64,000 bases of DNA from Octopus vulgaris (taxonomy: Eukaryota): NCBI GenBank assembly GCA_951406725.2, contig OX597822.1, positions 102,176,001 through 102,240,000 of the forward strand, given 5' to 3'. The position numbers were made by a program, and so were the translations under genes. Positions 37,029 to 55,589 of the stretch are shown here, in pieces; the stretch's first letter is position 1; each line of letters starts with the position of its first letter. The notes under the pieces are model-generated. The model had not been told where the DNA came from, searched no databases, and saw only the letters and a program-made list of their open reading frames with translations.

Positions 37029-37781
37029 GCCTCTTGTTATCAGCATGGTTCATCTTTTGTTGATTTTCAGTTTGTGTTATAGCTTGATAACGGTATAATG
37101 TTCCTTTTGTTTGTGTGTTTAAAGACATAATTATGGTTCAAACAACGTCTCATGAAGCTGCCCTCATACAGTCTAATATGATTTAGTGAGCTGTGTGTCT
37201 TAGGGAAGTGACACTAGAGTGTGTCAAATTACGGATTGACACTGGCATAAATTATTCAAGGGACGTAACTATGTAAATAACCGAAGTTATCTCCCCTACT
37301 ACGTAGAAATTTTTCAGAACCCTCTTCACAAATTGATTTGCAAGTTTTGGGGCTTATGTCCTAATAAGGATGTTTGAGGTGAAGAGGGAGATTATACAAG
37401 TACAATGCCATAAATTTCAGAAAGGAGTGTTAGTCTGCTATATTGACCTCGACACAGATTCGTACTTATTTTATCAGATATGAATGCTGGGGGGTGTCAG
37501 AATGTAAAGAGGGTGAAACTAAATAGTGCAAAACATGCTTCATTTATTACTGTCCCAATTACGAATTCAGCCATCCATACACTATGTACAGGGTGGGGGA
37601 GGTATTTATGGCTAATATAGTATTAGTGCTTATGTTATAAGCCTCAAGTCAATTGTCTTCTATCATCATCATCATCATCATCATCATCATAATGCTGCTT
37701 TCAAAATGTGACCACTCATATAATCATATTATACTTCAATCATTCTTTGGCATTGTGCATCATCTTCATCATTATTTATCA

Positions 37782-38177
37782 CTAGCAGTATCGCCCGGCG
37801 TTGCTCGGGTTTGTAAGGGAAATAACTATATAAGCATTTTTAGAGAGTTATAGCCAAAAAATAGCAAAAAATGCATTAAAAATGGAAAAAAATTATGGTA
37901 AATTTTTTTTTAAATCGTTGACTCATCGTAGACATTTTTAGAGAGTTACTTCTCCTTATTTAATAGCGAAAAATGCATTAAACTGCAAAAAAAATTATCG
38001 TAAATTTTTTTTTAAATCGTAGACTCATCGTAGACGCGCGCTAATACCCAGAAGGGCTCGATATGAATCACGACTATAAGATACCCGGTTTTGGTTAAAC
38101 TGCACCGCAAAATGTGGGAATAGTTAGGAATCTAAATCGTAGGAGACAGACACACAACTTCACTTTTATATATAAAG
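37782..38177 (-). mobile_element. Non-autonomous Helitron, same family as 568-963 (partial third copy at ~40039-40214)
   Basis: a|ctagcagtatcgcccggcgttgctcggg ... ttttatatataaag. Confidence 0.85.
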
Positions 38178-38743
38178 GTTATTGGGTGGTGAGCTAGTAG
38201 AATCGTTAGCACGCCTGGCAAAATGATTAGCGGTATTTCGTCTGTGTTTATATTCAGGATTTAAGTTCCTCTGAGATTGCGGCCATGCTGGAGCACCGCC
38301 TTTTAGTCGAGCAAATCGACCCCGGGACTTATTATTCTTTGTAAGCCCAGTACTTATTCTATCGGTCTCTTTTGCCGAACCACTAAGTGACGGGGACGTA
38401 AACACACCAGCATCGGTTGTCAAGCAATGCTAGGGGGACAAACACAGACACACAAACACATACACACACATATATATATATACATATATACAACAGGCTT
38501 CTTTCAGTTTCCTTCTACCAAATCCACTCACAAGGCATTGGTCGGCCCGGGGCTATAGCAGAAGACACTTGCCCAAGATGCCACGCAGTGGGACTGAACC
38601 CTGAACCATGTGGTTGGTTAGCAAGCTACTTACCACACAGCCACTCCTGCGCCTCCTTCTTCCATTTTCCTGAGCGCCTAATAATAATAATACTGTAATT
38701 GTTCCACGTGTTGTTGTTTTTTTCTGTTTTCCCGTTTGGATTA

Positions 38744-38789
<46 letters not shown>

Positions 38790-38976
38790 GATGATCTCAT
38801 TAATTTATAATATGACTTTTTAAAATATGTACTTGTATTATTATCTTATCTATTGATTTATATAATATTTTTGTATGCTTTTGATGTTCCCATTTGTAAA
38901 ATGAATAAATAATCTAACATAATATCCGTTAAGTTGATGAACAAACTAAATTTGTTTCTCCATTTTCTTATTTGTA

Positions 38977-39009
<33 letters not shown>

Positions 39010-39062
39010 CATCATCATCATCGTCGTTTAGCATCCGTTTTCCATGCTAGCATGGGTTGGAC

Positions 39063-39093
<31 letters not shown>

Positions 39094-39342
39094 CAAATTG
39101 AGATAGGGGTTGTAAATGCAACCCACCATGGGATAACGTATATCCAATATACTGCTAGTGAAGTACCCAACAAAGTTAATACATAAATGTTAATGATTGC
39201 GTTGTAATCAATTCATTTACTGTATTATATGGGCAAAGGTAAAATGATTTACCACAAATTACTAATACAAATAAGAAAATGGAGAAATACATCTAAATCA
39301 AATTGATATTTGATTTAGATGTACTTCTCCATTTTCTTATCT

Positions 39343-39387
<45 letters not shown>

Positions 39388-39815
39388 GCATACACACTTG
39401 TACATACGTACACCCATTGCGTACATGTTTTTGTACGCATACATGTTCGTGTGTATGTGTGTGTATGTGTACTTACACACACATAAATACATACATATTA
39501 CAAATGTACAAATATCAAAAGACAGAGACAGGTGAGGGAACAACAAACAAGGTGTATTAGTTTGACACTTAGGAAAAATGGAGATGAGCCTACACTCTCC
39601 ATCAAAAAGGAATGAGGAAAGAAAACTGAGAAAAAACGACATGTTCTGGATTAATGGGTCGACATGTTGAATATATATATTTGGGGCACTTTTATTTTGT
39701 TTTCATAAATTAGATTACTTCAGCAATTAAATGGTGGTATTTATCTTGTTCACATCTCTTTCTCTTTTTCTCTCTCTCCCTCTCTCTGTATATATATACA
39801 TATATATATATATAC

Positions 39816-39871
<56 letters not shown>

Positions 39872-40775
39872 CATAAATGAGGGCAAGGAAAAAAATTCTA
39901 ATGCCAAATATGCCGAAAAATTGGACATATTGTCCATTAACCATATAATTTTTTCACAATACGCACGCTACTCGAATAAAGGTCGACAGAAATTTCTAAA
40001 AAATTCCACTATTACCATATCAGACCGATTTCAGAGTTATTTTTTAAATCGTAGACTCATCGTAGACGCGCGCTAATACCCAGAAGGGCTCGATATGAAT
40101 CACGACTATAAGATACCCGGTTTTGGTTAAAACTGCACCGCAAAATGTGGGAATAGTTAGGAATCTAAATCGTAGGAGACAGACACACAACTTCTACACT
40201 TTTTTATATAAAGATTTAACTCCATTGTCTATGCTAGCATGAGTTGGTAAGCTGAGCAGCTTTAGTATATATATATACTCTTTTACTCTTTTACTAGTTT
40301 CAGTCATTTGATTGCGGCCATGCTGGAGCACGCCTTTTAGTCGAGCAAATCGACTCGGGACTTATTATTCTTTTTTGTAAGCCCAGTACTTATTCTATCG
40401 ATTCTCTTTTGCCGAACCACTAAGTGACGGGGACGTAAACACACCAGCATCGGTTGTCAAGCAATGCTGTGGGGGACAAACACAGACACACAAACACATA
40501 CACACACATATATATATATACATATATACGACAGGCTTCTTTCAGTTTCCTTCTAAATCCACTCACAAGGCATTGGTCGGCCCGGGGCTATAGTGAAGAC
40601 ACTTGCCCAAGATGCCACGCAGTGGAGACTGAACCCTGAACCATGTGGTTGGTTAGCAAGCTACTTACCACAAGCCACTTACGCCCTCCTTCTTCCATTT
40701 TCCTGAGCGCCTAATAATAATAATACTGTAATTGTTCCACGTGTTGTTGTTTTTTCTGTTTTCCCGTTTGGATTA

Positions 40776-40829
<54 letters not shown>

Positions 40830-41012
40830 GATCTCATTAATTTATAATATGACTTTTTTAAATATGTACTTGTATTATTATCTTATCTATTGATTTATAT
40901 AATATTTTTTATGCTTTTGATGTTCCCATTTGTAAAATGAATAAATAATCTAACATAATATCCGTTAAGTTGATGAACAAACTAAATTTGTTTCTCCATT
41001 TTCTTATTTGTA

Positions 41013-41053
<41 letters not shown>

Positions 41054-41104
41054 TCATCATCATCGTCGTTTAGCATCCGTTTTCCATGCTAGCATGGGTT
41101 GGAC

Positions 41105-41135
<31 letters not shown>

Positions 41136-41383
41136 CAAATTGAGATAGGGGTTGTAAATGCAACCCACCATGGGATAACGTATATCCAATATACTGCTAG
41201 TGAAGTACCAACAAAGTTAATACATAAATGTTAATGATTGCGTTGTAATCAATTCATTTACTGTATTATATGGGCAAAGGTAAAATGATTTACCACAAAT
41301 TACTAATACAAATAAGAAAATGGAGAAATACATCTAAATCAAATTGATATTTGATTTAGATGTACTTCTCCATTTTCTTATCT

Positions 41384-41424
<41 letters not shown>

Positions 41425-41850
41425 GCATACACACTTGTACATACGTACACCCATTGCGTACATGTTTTTGTACGTATACATGTTCGTGTGTATGTGTGTG
41501 TGTGTACTTACACACACATAAATACATACATATTACAAATGTACAAATATCAAAAGACAGAGACAGGTGAGGGAACAACAAACAAGGTGTATTAGTTTGA
41601 CACTTAGGAAAAATGGAGATGAGCCTACACTCTCCATCAAAAAGGAATGAGGAAAGAAAACTGAGAAAAAACGACATGTTCTGGATTAATGGGTCGACAT
41701 GTTGAATATATATATTTGGGGCACTTTTATTTTGTTTTCATAAATTAGATTACTTCAGCAATTAAATGGTGGTATTTATCTTGTTCACATCTCTTTCTCT
41801 TTTTCTCTCTCTCCCTCTCTCTGTATATATATACATATATATATATATAC

Positions 41851-41898
<48 letters not shown>

Positions 41899-42068
41899 CA
41901 TAAATGAGGGCAAGGAAAAAAAAATTCTAATGCCAAATATGCCGAAAAATTGGACATATTGTCCATTAACCATATAATTTTTTCACAATACGCACGCTAC
42001 TCGAATAAAGGTCGACAGAAATTTCTAAAAAATTCCACTATTACCATATCGGACCGATTTCAGAGTTA
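38005..42068. repeat. ~2.03-kb tandem duplication (38005-40038 / 40039-42068)
   Basis: Same order of Helitron end, SINE, microsatellites and unique spacers; the copies differ mainly by 1-bp indels. Confidence 0.85.
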
Positions 42069-42099
42069 GCTACTAAGAGCCCTCTCTTCATCAGTGATA
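42047..42099 (-). ncRNA. Type I hammerhead motif at the end of a Penelope-like remnant (duplicate at 54816-54868)
   Basis: In the 54816 copy: tatca-CTGATGA-agag agggct cttagt agct aa ctct-GAAA-tcgg-TC-tgata. This copy has one stem I mismatch. Confidence 0.6.
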
Positions 42100-42772
42100 C
42101 ATGTGGCAAAAGAAATAAATGAGATACTTACTCACACCCATGGGAGAAGCAAACACTAAGTCATGGGCACAACTAAGTACCCCAAATACATCTAAAATAG
42201 AAATACTCCAGCCCATCCGAGGCACGTGCGATTCGAACTGTGAGATGTGAGATGGTTAAGTAGAGGTAAATATTTCAGTTCCAAATAAGGAATTATGGAA
42301 AAGGAGTGAGGATATGGAATCTAGAGGGAAATAAGAGAATGAAAGTAGGAGTAAGATATAAAATATTGTAGTTGCAGTTCCATTATTCAATTAATGTGGT
42401 GTGTAGAAGTGGTAAAAAAGTTTCTTGCACATGGTATGTAAGTTCCAGTAGTAGTTCATGCCTAGTTATTTCAAAGTATGGAGCTGGAATTTTGTGTTGC
42501 TTATTCAAAGGGGTTTTGTGGTGTTGCTCATTCGAAGGGGTTTAGGGGTTTTGTGGTGTGAATATATATTATAACACAGATTAGCTGAGGTTCACTACAG
42601 CTGTTTCGGAATGTTTTTTATTGATAAACACATTAATTAAATCAGGTAATTTTTTTTTCTGGTGAATTAAGGGTAAAAATGTAACATTTAGGAATTTTCC
42701 ACCCAAATAATACATAATTCATATTGACTCCCTCATATTGGTGCCAGTTGAGAAAATCTATTAGATCCTGAA

Positions 42773-42827
<55 letters not shown>

Positions 42828-43169
42828 TCATTTCAACATGTTGAACTGTTAATCCATACACATATTCTTTCTCTCAATGTTTTTTTTCTGTTCTCTCTCC
42901 ATTTTTCCTTCTCAATCCTTTCTGTCAAAGAGTGTAGGCTTGAAACATCAAAGACTCATTTTTCTCTCTCTCTCTCTTTTGGAGAGGCACTGAGCAGCTA
43001 TACACACACATACACACACAGCAGTAACTCCCGCCTACCAAATTCAATCACAAAGCTCTGGTCGGCTCAGGGCTATAGCGGAAGACATCTACCCAAAGTG
43101 CCACGCAGTGGGACTGAAACCCGAAACCATGTACTTAGGAAGCAAGCTCCCTAACCACACAGCCATGCC

Positions 43170-43475
43170 CACCATGATCACCATGGCTGACCAGGCTATC
43201 AGATGTTGCTATACATCGCTGGTCACAATGCGCTTCATGCATTGTTTTAGCCTTCAAATGATGCCACCTTGGCTGGCTAAGCGAAGCAGGCCAACAGAAG
43301 AAAGAGTGAGAGATAGTTGTGGAGAAAGAGTACAGCAGGGTTCTCCACCACCCCCTGCCGAAGCCTCATGGAGATTTAGGTGTTTTTGCTCAATAAACAC
43401 TCACAACAACTCTGGGAATCAAAACCGCGATCCTACGACCGCGAGTCCGCTGCCCTAACCACTGGACCATTGCAC
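43170..43475 (-). mobile_element. tRNA-derived SINE family D (other copies at 48062-48350 on + and in the duplicated block)
   Basis: gcaatggtccagtggttagggcagcggactcgcggtcgtaggatcgcggttttgattccc, a tRNA-like head. Confidence 0.75.
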
Positions 43476-43501
43476 CACACACACACACACACACACACAT
43501 G

Positions 43502-43548
<47 letters not shown>

Positions 43549-43827
43549 ACAAAGGGTAAAATTAATTAATTAAGAAGTAATCAATAATTTCACCAAGTAG
43601 AATTCGGTATGAAAAAGGACCATTTCACGGCAAACTTAAGTAATACTTAATAAAAGGGTTCAGCAAAGATTTGCTTCACACCACCAAAGTTTAGAAATAG
43701 CAGCCAAGTTTAGAAATCTTAGCTATTTCTTCTCCTTTTTAAAATAGAAGAAATAGCTAAGATTTTTGGCTGCTATTTCTAAACTTCGGTGTGTGGTGAA
43801 GCAAATCTTTGCTGAACCTTTTATTAA

Positions 43828-47374
<3,547 letters not shown>

Positions 47375-47410
47375 CTATATATATATATACATATATATAT
47401 ATACATATAC

Positions 47411-47444
<34 letters not shown>

Positions 47445-47511
47445 TCATATATATATATACATATACATATATACACACACACACATATATATATATGTGT
47501 GTGTGTGTGTG

Positions 47512-47585
<74 letters not shown>

Positions 47586-47939
47586 CACATATATATATAT
47601 ATATGTGTGTGTGTCTGTGTGTGTGTATATATATGCCTCCCTCGCACTTTTCTCTTTCTTTCTCTCTGGATATTAACTATAATTCAAAGATCTCGTTGAA
47701 GAGGTACAATAATTGTAGACAAGTTTTGGGAATATGTAATCGCTTCCATGTTCATCTCACCAGCAGGAATGCATATATGTATGTCACACCCCACTCTCTC
47801 TTTCGATCTATCTATCTGTCTATCTATTTATCAATCTATCTATCTATCTGTCTATCTATTTATCTATCATATTCCTTTCTATACAGTGCAATCTTGTTTT
47901 GATTTATTTATTTAAATACTTTTCATTTTCTGTTTCTAG

Positions 47940-48000
47940 ATAAGAACACCATTCAACACTCCAAACCATAATGAAAGCTCTGAAACAAAAATGGACACAG
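47940..48000 (+). CDS. HAX1: HAX1-like gene, internal exon (IRTPFNTPNHNESSETKMDT)
   Basis: ttttcattttctgtttctag| ... acag|gtaaat; 61 nt, phase 0 to 1, exactly bridging the 31641 and 50714/63475 exons. Confidence 0.75.
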
Positions 48001-48985
48001 GTAAATTTCCTCTTCATCTATAAATGCTTCAGTGACATTTTAATGCTTCTATATTAACATTGTGGAGGCGCAATGGCCCAGTGGTTAGGCAGCGGTCGTA
48101 GGATCGCGGTTTCGATTCCCAGACAGGGCGTTGTGAGTGTTTATTGAGCGAAAACACCCAAAAGCTCCACGGGGCTCCAGTAGGGAGTGGTGATCCCTGC
48201 TGTACTCTTTCACCACTCTTTCTCCCACTCTTTCTTCTGTTGGCCTGCTCGCTTAGCCAACGGGGTGGCGTCATTCGAAGGCTAAAACAATGCGAACGCA
48301 TTGTGACCAGCGATGTGTAACTACATCTGATAGACTGGTCGGTCACGTGATCATGTGATATTAACATTAGTGGACCGGGTAACTTATCTCTTTCACCTGA
48401 TGTCTTTTATTTGTTTCAGTCATCAGACTGTGGCCATACTGGGGCACTGCTTTGAAGGGTTTCGTCCAAACACCAACACCGGTTATCAAGCAGTTTGGGG
48501 AGAGGGATACCAACACAAACACAATGACACACACACACACACTCACACATGTCTACATATTTATATATACACACACAGTAGGTTTCTTTCAGTTTCCTCT
48601 ACAAGATGCCTTCTCAAGGCTTTAGCCAGTCCAACGCTATAGTAGGAAGCATTTTCCCAAGGTGCCATGAACTGGGACTGAACCTGGAACCATGTGGTTG
48701 GAAAACAAACTTCTTACCACACAGCCACGCCTACACCTGTGGACATTTGAATCAAGATGTTACTACTTAATGGCACTGCTGGATGACTTATCTCTTTACT
48801 CTTTACACCTGTTTCAGTCATTTGACTGTGGCCGTACTGGAGCACCGCCTTTAGTCGAGCAAATCGACCCCAGGGCTTATTCTTTGTAAGCCTAGTACTT
48901 ATTCTATTGGTTCTTTTGCCGAACTGCTAAGTTACGGGGACGTAAACACACCAGCATCGGTTGTCAAGCGATGTTGGGGGGACAA

Positions 48986-49028
<43 letters not shown>

Positions 49029-50713
49029 CATGTACATATATACGACGGGCTTCTTTCAGTTTCCGTCTACCAAATCCACTCACAAGGCTTTGGTCGGCCC
49101 GAGGCTATAGTAGAAGACACTTGCCCAAGGTGCCACGCAGTGGAGACTGAACCCTGAACCATGTGGTTCGTAAGCAAGCTACTTACCACACACCCACTCC
49201 TACGCCTATCTATTGAGAATGACTCTTGTCTAAGGAGTGACAAAGTCATTCATTTCCATATGTTGCAGTTTGAAATATCCCTTTTATTGGTTCCTTGCCC
49301 TGGCAGTGTAACAGAAGTGATAGCAAGATCTGAGCCGATGCCCTTGTAGTTTAGCAGTTTTGTATTTCATTTGTTTTGTAATTTATTTCTTATGTAGATG
49401 CAGGCATGGCTGTGTAGTTTAGAGGTTCACTTCAAAACCTCAATATTAAGGGTTCATCTGAAAGCAGCAAGCTGGCAGAATCATTAGCATCCCGGATGAA
49501 ATGCTTAGCAGTTTTTCATCCATCTTCACATCCTGAGTTCAAATTCTGCTGAGGTCAACTTTGCCTTTCATTCTTTTGGAGTTGATAAAATAAGTACCAG
49601 TTGAATACTAGTGGCAATGTAATTGACTTAACTCCTCCCCAGACATTGCTGGCCTTGTGCCAAACTTTGAAACCAGTAATAAGGGTTCAGTACCATTGCC
49701 TGGAAGCTTTCAATTTGTGTCTTGTACTATAGCCATGGAATGACCAATATGCCTTGTGAATGAAATTGGAAGATGGGAAATGAATTGGTGATGATGTTGA
49801 TGATGATGATTGTTGTTGTTGTTAAGCAACAAGATGGGTAAGGGTGATTAGGTGATGGTCTAGGGCTTAAGGGGCGGGAGACCCCAGACCTTGGAAAAAA
49901 AAAAACTTTGGTCGTCTTGTTGTAGTCAAGGGCTCTTCGTTGACGCCCAACACCACTGGGAGGTAGCCCTCGAAGTCGCTGGAAATGGAGATCTCTTGGT
50001 CTAAATTCTTGAACGGCTGATGACGATGATGATAATGACAATAATGATGATGATGGTGATGTTGACAGTGGGGTATATTGGGCTTTTTAGATTTGTAAGG
50101 AAAGGGAAATGAAGTTTTGCTATACTCATACCTTCTGATCATCTCTTATTCCTTCACTTCCCACAACTGAAATTGAAAATCATCATTATGCATTTTTAGA
50201 AAGATTTTTGGTTGCCAGCCTCGCCTGGCACGTAAAAGCACCATCCGCTCGTGTCTGTTGCCAGCCTCGCCTGGACCCCATGCCAGTGGCACGTAAAAGC
50301 ACCATCCGTTCGTGTCCGTTGCCAGCCTCGCCTGGCCCCCATGCCGGTGGCACGTAAAAGCACCATCCATTCGTGGCCGTTTGCCAGCTCCGTCTGGCAC
50401 CTGTGTGGGTGGCACGTAAAAAGCACCCACTACACTCACGGAGTGGTTGGCGTTAGGAAGGGCATCCAGCTGTAAAAACTCTGCCAGATCAGACTGGGCC
50501 TGATGCAGTCTTCTGGCTTCACAGACTCCAGTTGAACCGTCCAACCCATGCTAGCATGGAAAGCGGACGCTAAATGATGATGATGATTCAACTGATCTAT
50601 ATTGCAAAACAGAAAGAAGTCAGTTATTTATTTTTTTTTTTTTTTTGTGTTTTTTGGTGCTGGGGTGGTTTTCCCATTTTCATTCCTTCTGTCTGTTTCA
50701 TCTCTCTTTTCAG

Positions 50714-50844
50714 ACGTCGATGATAAAGCAGTTGTAAAAGAGCCTAGAGGATTTGGATGTACCTCAGTCTTCGAACAATACCAGTTCATTTTCTTTTAGC
50801 CGTTCCAACAAAGTAACAGTGCGTACTGTCCAGAAACCTGGAGG
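50714..50844 (+). CDS. HAX1: HAX1-like exon, copy 1 (apparent +1 C and -1 G errors relative to 63475-63605)
   Basis: ctctcttttcag|ACGTCGATGATAAA; gagcctagag versus gagctagag, and gaggg-taag versus gagggg-taag. Confidence 0.65.
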
Positions 50845-52018
50845 GTAAGCGTTATGCATTTTATTCCTCCCCCTTCTCCTCATGATCATCATCATTGTTT
50901 TAACATCCACTTTTCCATGCTTGAATGGGTCATACAGAATCCATTGGGGAAGATTTTCGGAAAGACTTCCACCCATCCCGTCCCCCACCCTCAATTTCCT
51001 CCCAAATTTGTTGATTTAAAAAAATTTTTTTTGCCAAAAATTCCCGAATTTGCTCTCATAACATAAAAACGGACGAAATGATGGTAGCCTACCTACCTTA
51101 ATTATGATAATAACACCCTTAAAATCATAAATAATTCTGTCAGATAATAAGAGCGCATATATACTGAATAGCAAATCTGATGTAGAGATAAGCATACTGT
51201 TAAGTGAATATTTGAATTTTTTTTTAATGGAAATTGCAGTTGTGATACCAGTGCCGGTGGAACATAAAAGAACCGTCTGAACATGGCCCTTTCCTTCTTG
51301 GGACACAAAACTCTGCTTGCGAAGACCTGTTGAAGCAAGTGAAATCGAAATCAATCAAAAATCAATGGAAATTGCAGTTATGATACCAGTGCCAGTGGCA
51401 CGTGAAAGAACCATCCGCCTCAACTGGCCTCCATGCTGATGACACGTAAAAAGCACCAACCGTTCATGGCCGTTGCCAGCCTCGCCAGGCACCTGTGCCG
51501 GTGGCACGTAAAAAGCACCCACTACAATCACGGAGTGGTTGGCGTTAGGAAGGACATCCAGCTGTAGAAACACTGCCAGATCAGACTGCGCCTGGTGCAG
51601 CCTCCTAGCTCCCCAGACCCCAGTCGAACCATCAAACCCATGCTAGCATGGAAAGCGAACGTTAAACGAGGATGATGATGAAATTTGCAAATGTTCAATA
51701 TTACTTAATCCTCCTATTTCTTATCTTACATCTAATAAAATTTTCGTCCTTCCCTCTATCTATTACTCCTCCTATCTACATATCTATCTGTCTATCTATC
51801 CCCCCTCTTTCTCTCTCTCTCTTGCTATATATATATATATATAGGAGTGGCTGTGTGGTAAGTAGCTTGTTTACCAACCACATGGTTCCGGGTTCAGTCC
51901 CACTGCGTGACACCTTGGGCAAGTGTCTTCTACCATAGCCTCGGGCCGACCAAAGCCTTGTGAGTAGATTTGGTAGGCAGAAACTGAAAGAAGCCCGTCG
52001 TATATATGTATATATGTA

Positions 52019-52071
<53 letters not shown>

Positions 52072-52931
52072 TCTCATTTATAATAACTTTTCCTTTCCTC
52101 TCCCCTTTTTATCCCTCTGTCGCTCAGTACACTTCTGATTAATCCTTAAACTATAAATTATAGCTTCAACCAGTGTCATTCTCTTTTAGTTTTGAGTCTT
52201 TATGTAATGAATGACAAATACATATTCTCTCCTTGTATTTACCTTGTAACTCCTATCCTCTAGTGAAATATTTGTAACATGAATTAAAAATATACCAAAT
52301 TTTCCAGTCTTTGTTTATAAGTATATGTGTGTGTTTGTTATCATCATCATCATCATCATCATCGTTTAATATCCACCTTTCATGCTGGCATGGGTTAGAC
52401 AGTTTGACAGGATCTGGCCAGGGAGAAGACTAGCCCAGGCTACTGTGTCTTTTTTGCCATGGTTTTTTATGGCTGGATGCCCTTCCTAACACCAACCGCC
52501 CTGCAGAATGAACTGAGTGCTTTAGGTGTAGGAGTGGCAGTGTGGTAAGTAGCTTGCTTACCAACAACATGGTTCCGGGTTCAGTCCCACTGTGTGGCAC
52601 CTTGAGCAAGTGTCTTCTACAATAGCCTCAAGTCAACCAAAGCCTTGTGAGTGGATTTGGTAAATGGAACCTGAAAGAAGCCCATCGTATATATGTATAT
52701 ATATAAATATATATATATATATATGTATGTGTGTGTCTGCTGTGTTTGTCCCCCCAACATCGCTTGTCAACTGATGCTGGTGTGTTTACGTCCCGTAACT
52801 TAGCACTTCGGCAAAAGAGGCCGATAGAATAAGTACTAGGCTTACAAAGAATAAGTCCTGGGGTCGATTTGCTCGACTAAAGGTGGTGCTCCAGCATGGC
52901 CACAGTCAAATGACTGAAACATGTAAAAGAG

Positions 52932-52962
<31 letters not shown>

Positions 52963-52980
52963 TGGGTGTGTGTATGTATA

Positions 52981-53032
<52 letters not shown>

Positions 53033-53391
53033 TATAGATATAAATATGCTTATAGGCACAAGGGTGGCTGCGTAGTTAAATTTACTTCCTAAAGGCATTG
53101 TTTTGGCAAGTGTTTATTACTGACCAAAGCCCTGTTTGTAGATTTGGTAGATAGAAACTAAAAGAAGCCTGTCTTATGTTCATGTATGTGCTTGTGTCTC
53201 TCTGTGTGTACGTGTGTCCATGTTATGTGTTTGTATAGGATGTAGGAGGGTTTTACGCTTGTAAATGCATGTCACCATCATACAAGTAGTGCTGTTCATT
53301 TTCAATCTTCCATGCAAACGTATCTGAGCATGGGAGAAATATTACCTTTCTTGGAAACAGGTTGGCAACAGTAAGGGCAATCAGCTGCTGA

Positions 53392-53491
53392 NNNNNNNNN
53401 NNNNNNNNNNNNNNNNNNNNNNNNNNNNNNNNNNNNNNNNNNNNNNNNNNNNNNNNNNNNNNNNNNNNNNNNNNNNNNNNNNNNNNNNNNN
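53392..53491. other. Assembly gap (100 N)
   Basis: Run of N. Confidence 0.99.
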
Positions 53492-53541
53492 TGTAATTGT
53501 TCCACGTGTTGTTGTTTTTTTCTGTTTTCCCGTTTGGATTA

Positions 53542-53593
<52 letters not shown>

Positions 53594-53777
53594 GATCTCA
53601 TTAATTTATAATATGACTTTTTAAAATATGTACTTGTATTATTATCTTATCTATTGATTTATATAATATTTTTGTATGCTTTTGATGTTCCCATTTGTAA
53701 AATGAATAAATAATCTAACATAATATCCGTTAAGTTGATGAACAAACTAAATTTGTTTCTCCATTTTCTTATTTGTA

Positions 53778-53810
<33 letters not shown>

Positions 53811-53863
53811 CATCATCATCATCGTCGTTTAGCATCCGTTTTCCATGCTAGCATGGGTTGGAC

Positions 53864-53894
<31 letters not shown>

Positions 53895-54143
53895 CAAATT
53901 GAGATAGGGGTTGTAAATGCAACCCACCATGGGATAACGTATATCCAATATACTGCTAGTGAAGTACCCAACAAAGTTAATACATAAATGTTAATGATTG
54001 CGTTGTAATCAATTCATTTACTGTATTATATGGGCAAAGGTAAAATGATTTACCACAAATTACTAATACAAATAAGAAAATGGAGAAATACATCTAAATC
54101 AAATTGATATTTGATTTAGATGTACTTCTCCATTTTCTTATCT

Positions 54144-54184
<41 letters not shown>

Positions 54185-54612
54185 GCATACACACTTGTAC
54201 ATACTAACACCCATTGCGTACATGTTTTTGTACGCATAAATGTTCGTGTGTATGTGTGTGTATGTGTACTTACACACACATAAATACATACATATTACAA
54301 ATGTACAAATATCAAAAGACAGAGACAGGTGAGGGAACAACAAACAAGGTGTATTAGTTTGACACTTAGGAAAAATGGAGATGAGCCTACACTCTCCATC
54401 AAAAAGGAATGAGGAAAGAAAACTGAGAAAAAACGACATGTTCTGGATTAATGGGTCGACATGTTGAATATATATATTTGGGGCACTTTTATTTTGTTTT
54501 CATAAATTAGATTACTTCAGCAATTAAATGGTGGTATTTATCTTGTTCACATCTCTTTCTCTTTTTCTCTCTCTCCCTCTCTCTGTATATATATACATAT
54601 ATATATATATAC

Positions 54613-54666
<54 letters not shown>

Positions 54667-55536
54667 ATTCATAAATGAGGGCAAGGAAAAAAATTCTAAT
54701 GCCAAATATGCCGAAAAATTGGACATATTGTCCATTAACCATATAATTTTTTCACAATACGCACGCTACTCGAATAAAGGTCGACAGAAATTTCTAAAAA
54801 ATTCCACTATTACCATATCAGACCGATTTCAGAGTTAGCTACTAAGAGCCCTCTCTTCATCAGTGATACATGTGGCAAAAGAAATAAATGAGATACTTAC
54901 TCACACCCATGGGAGAAGCAAACACTAAGTCATGGGCACAACTAAGTACCCCAAATACATCTAAAATAGAAATACTCCAGCCCATCCGAGGCACGTGCGA
55001 TTCGAACTGTGAGATGTGAGATGGTTAAGTAGAGGTAAATATTTCAGTTCCAAATAAGGAATTATGGAAAAGGAGGAGATATGGAATCTAGAGGGAAATA
55101 AGAGAATGAAAGTAGGAGTAAGATATAAAATATTGTAGTTGCAGTTCCATTATTCAATTAATGTGGTGTGTAGAAGTGGTAAAAAGTTTCTTGCACATGG
55201 TATGTAAGTTCCAGTAGTAGTTCATGCCTAGTTATTTCAAAGTATGGAGCTGGAATTTTGTGTTGCTTATTCAAAGGGTTTTGTGGTGTTGCTCATTCGA
55301 AGGGTTTAGGGGTTTTGTGGTGTGAATATATATTATAACACAGATTAGCTGAGGTTCACTACAGCTGTTTCGGAATGTTTTTTATTGATAAACACATTAA
55401 TTAAATCAGGTAATTTTTTTTTCTGGTGAATTAAGGGTAAAAATGTAACATTTAGGAATTTTCCACCCAAATAATACATAATTCATATTGACTCCCTCAT
55501 ATTGGTGCCAGTTGAGAAAATCTATTAGATCCTGAA

Positions 55537-55589
<53 letters not shown>

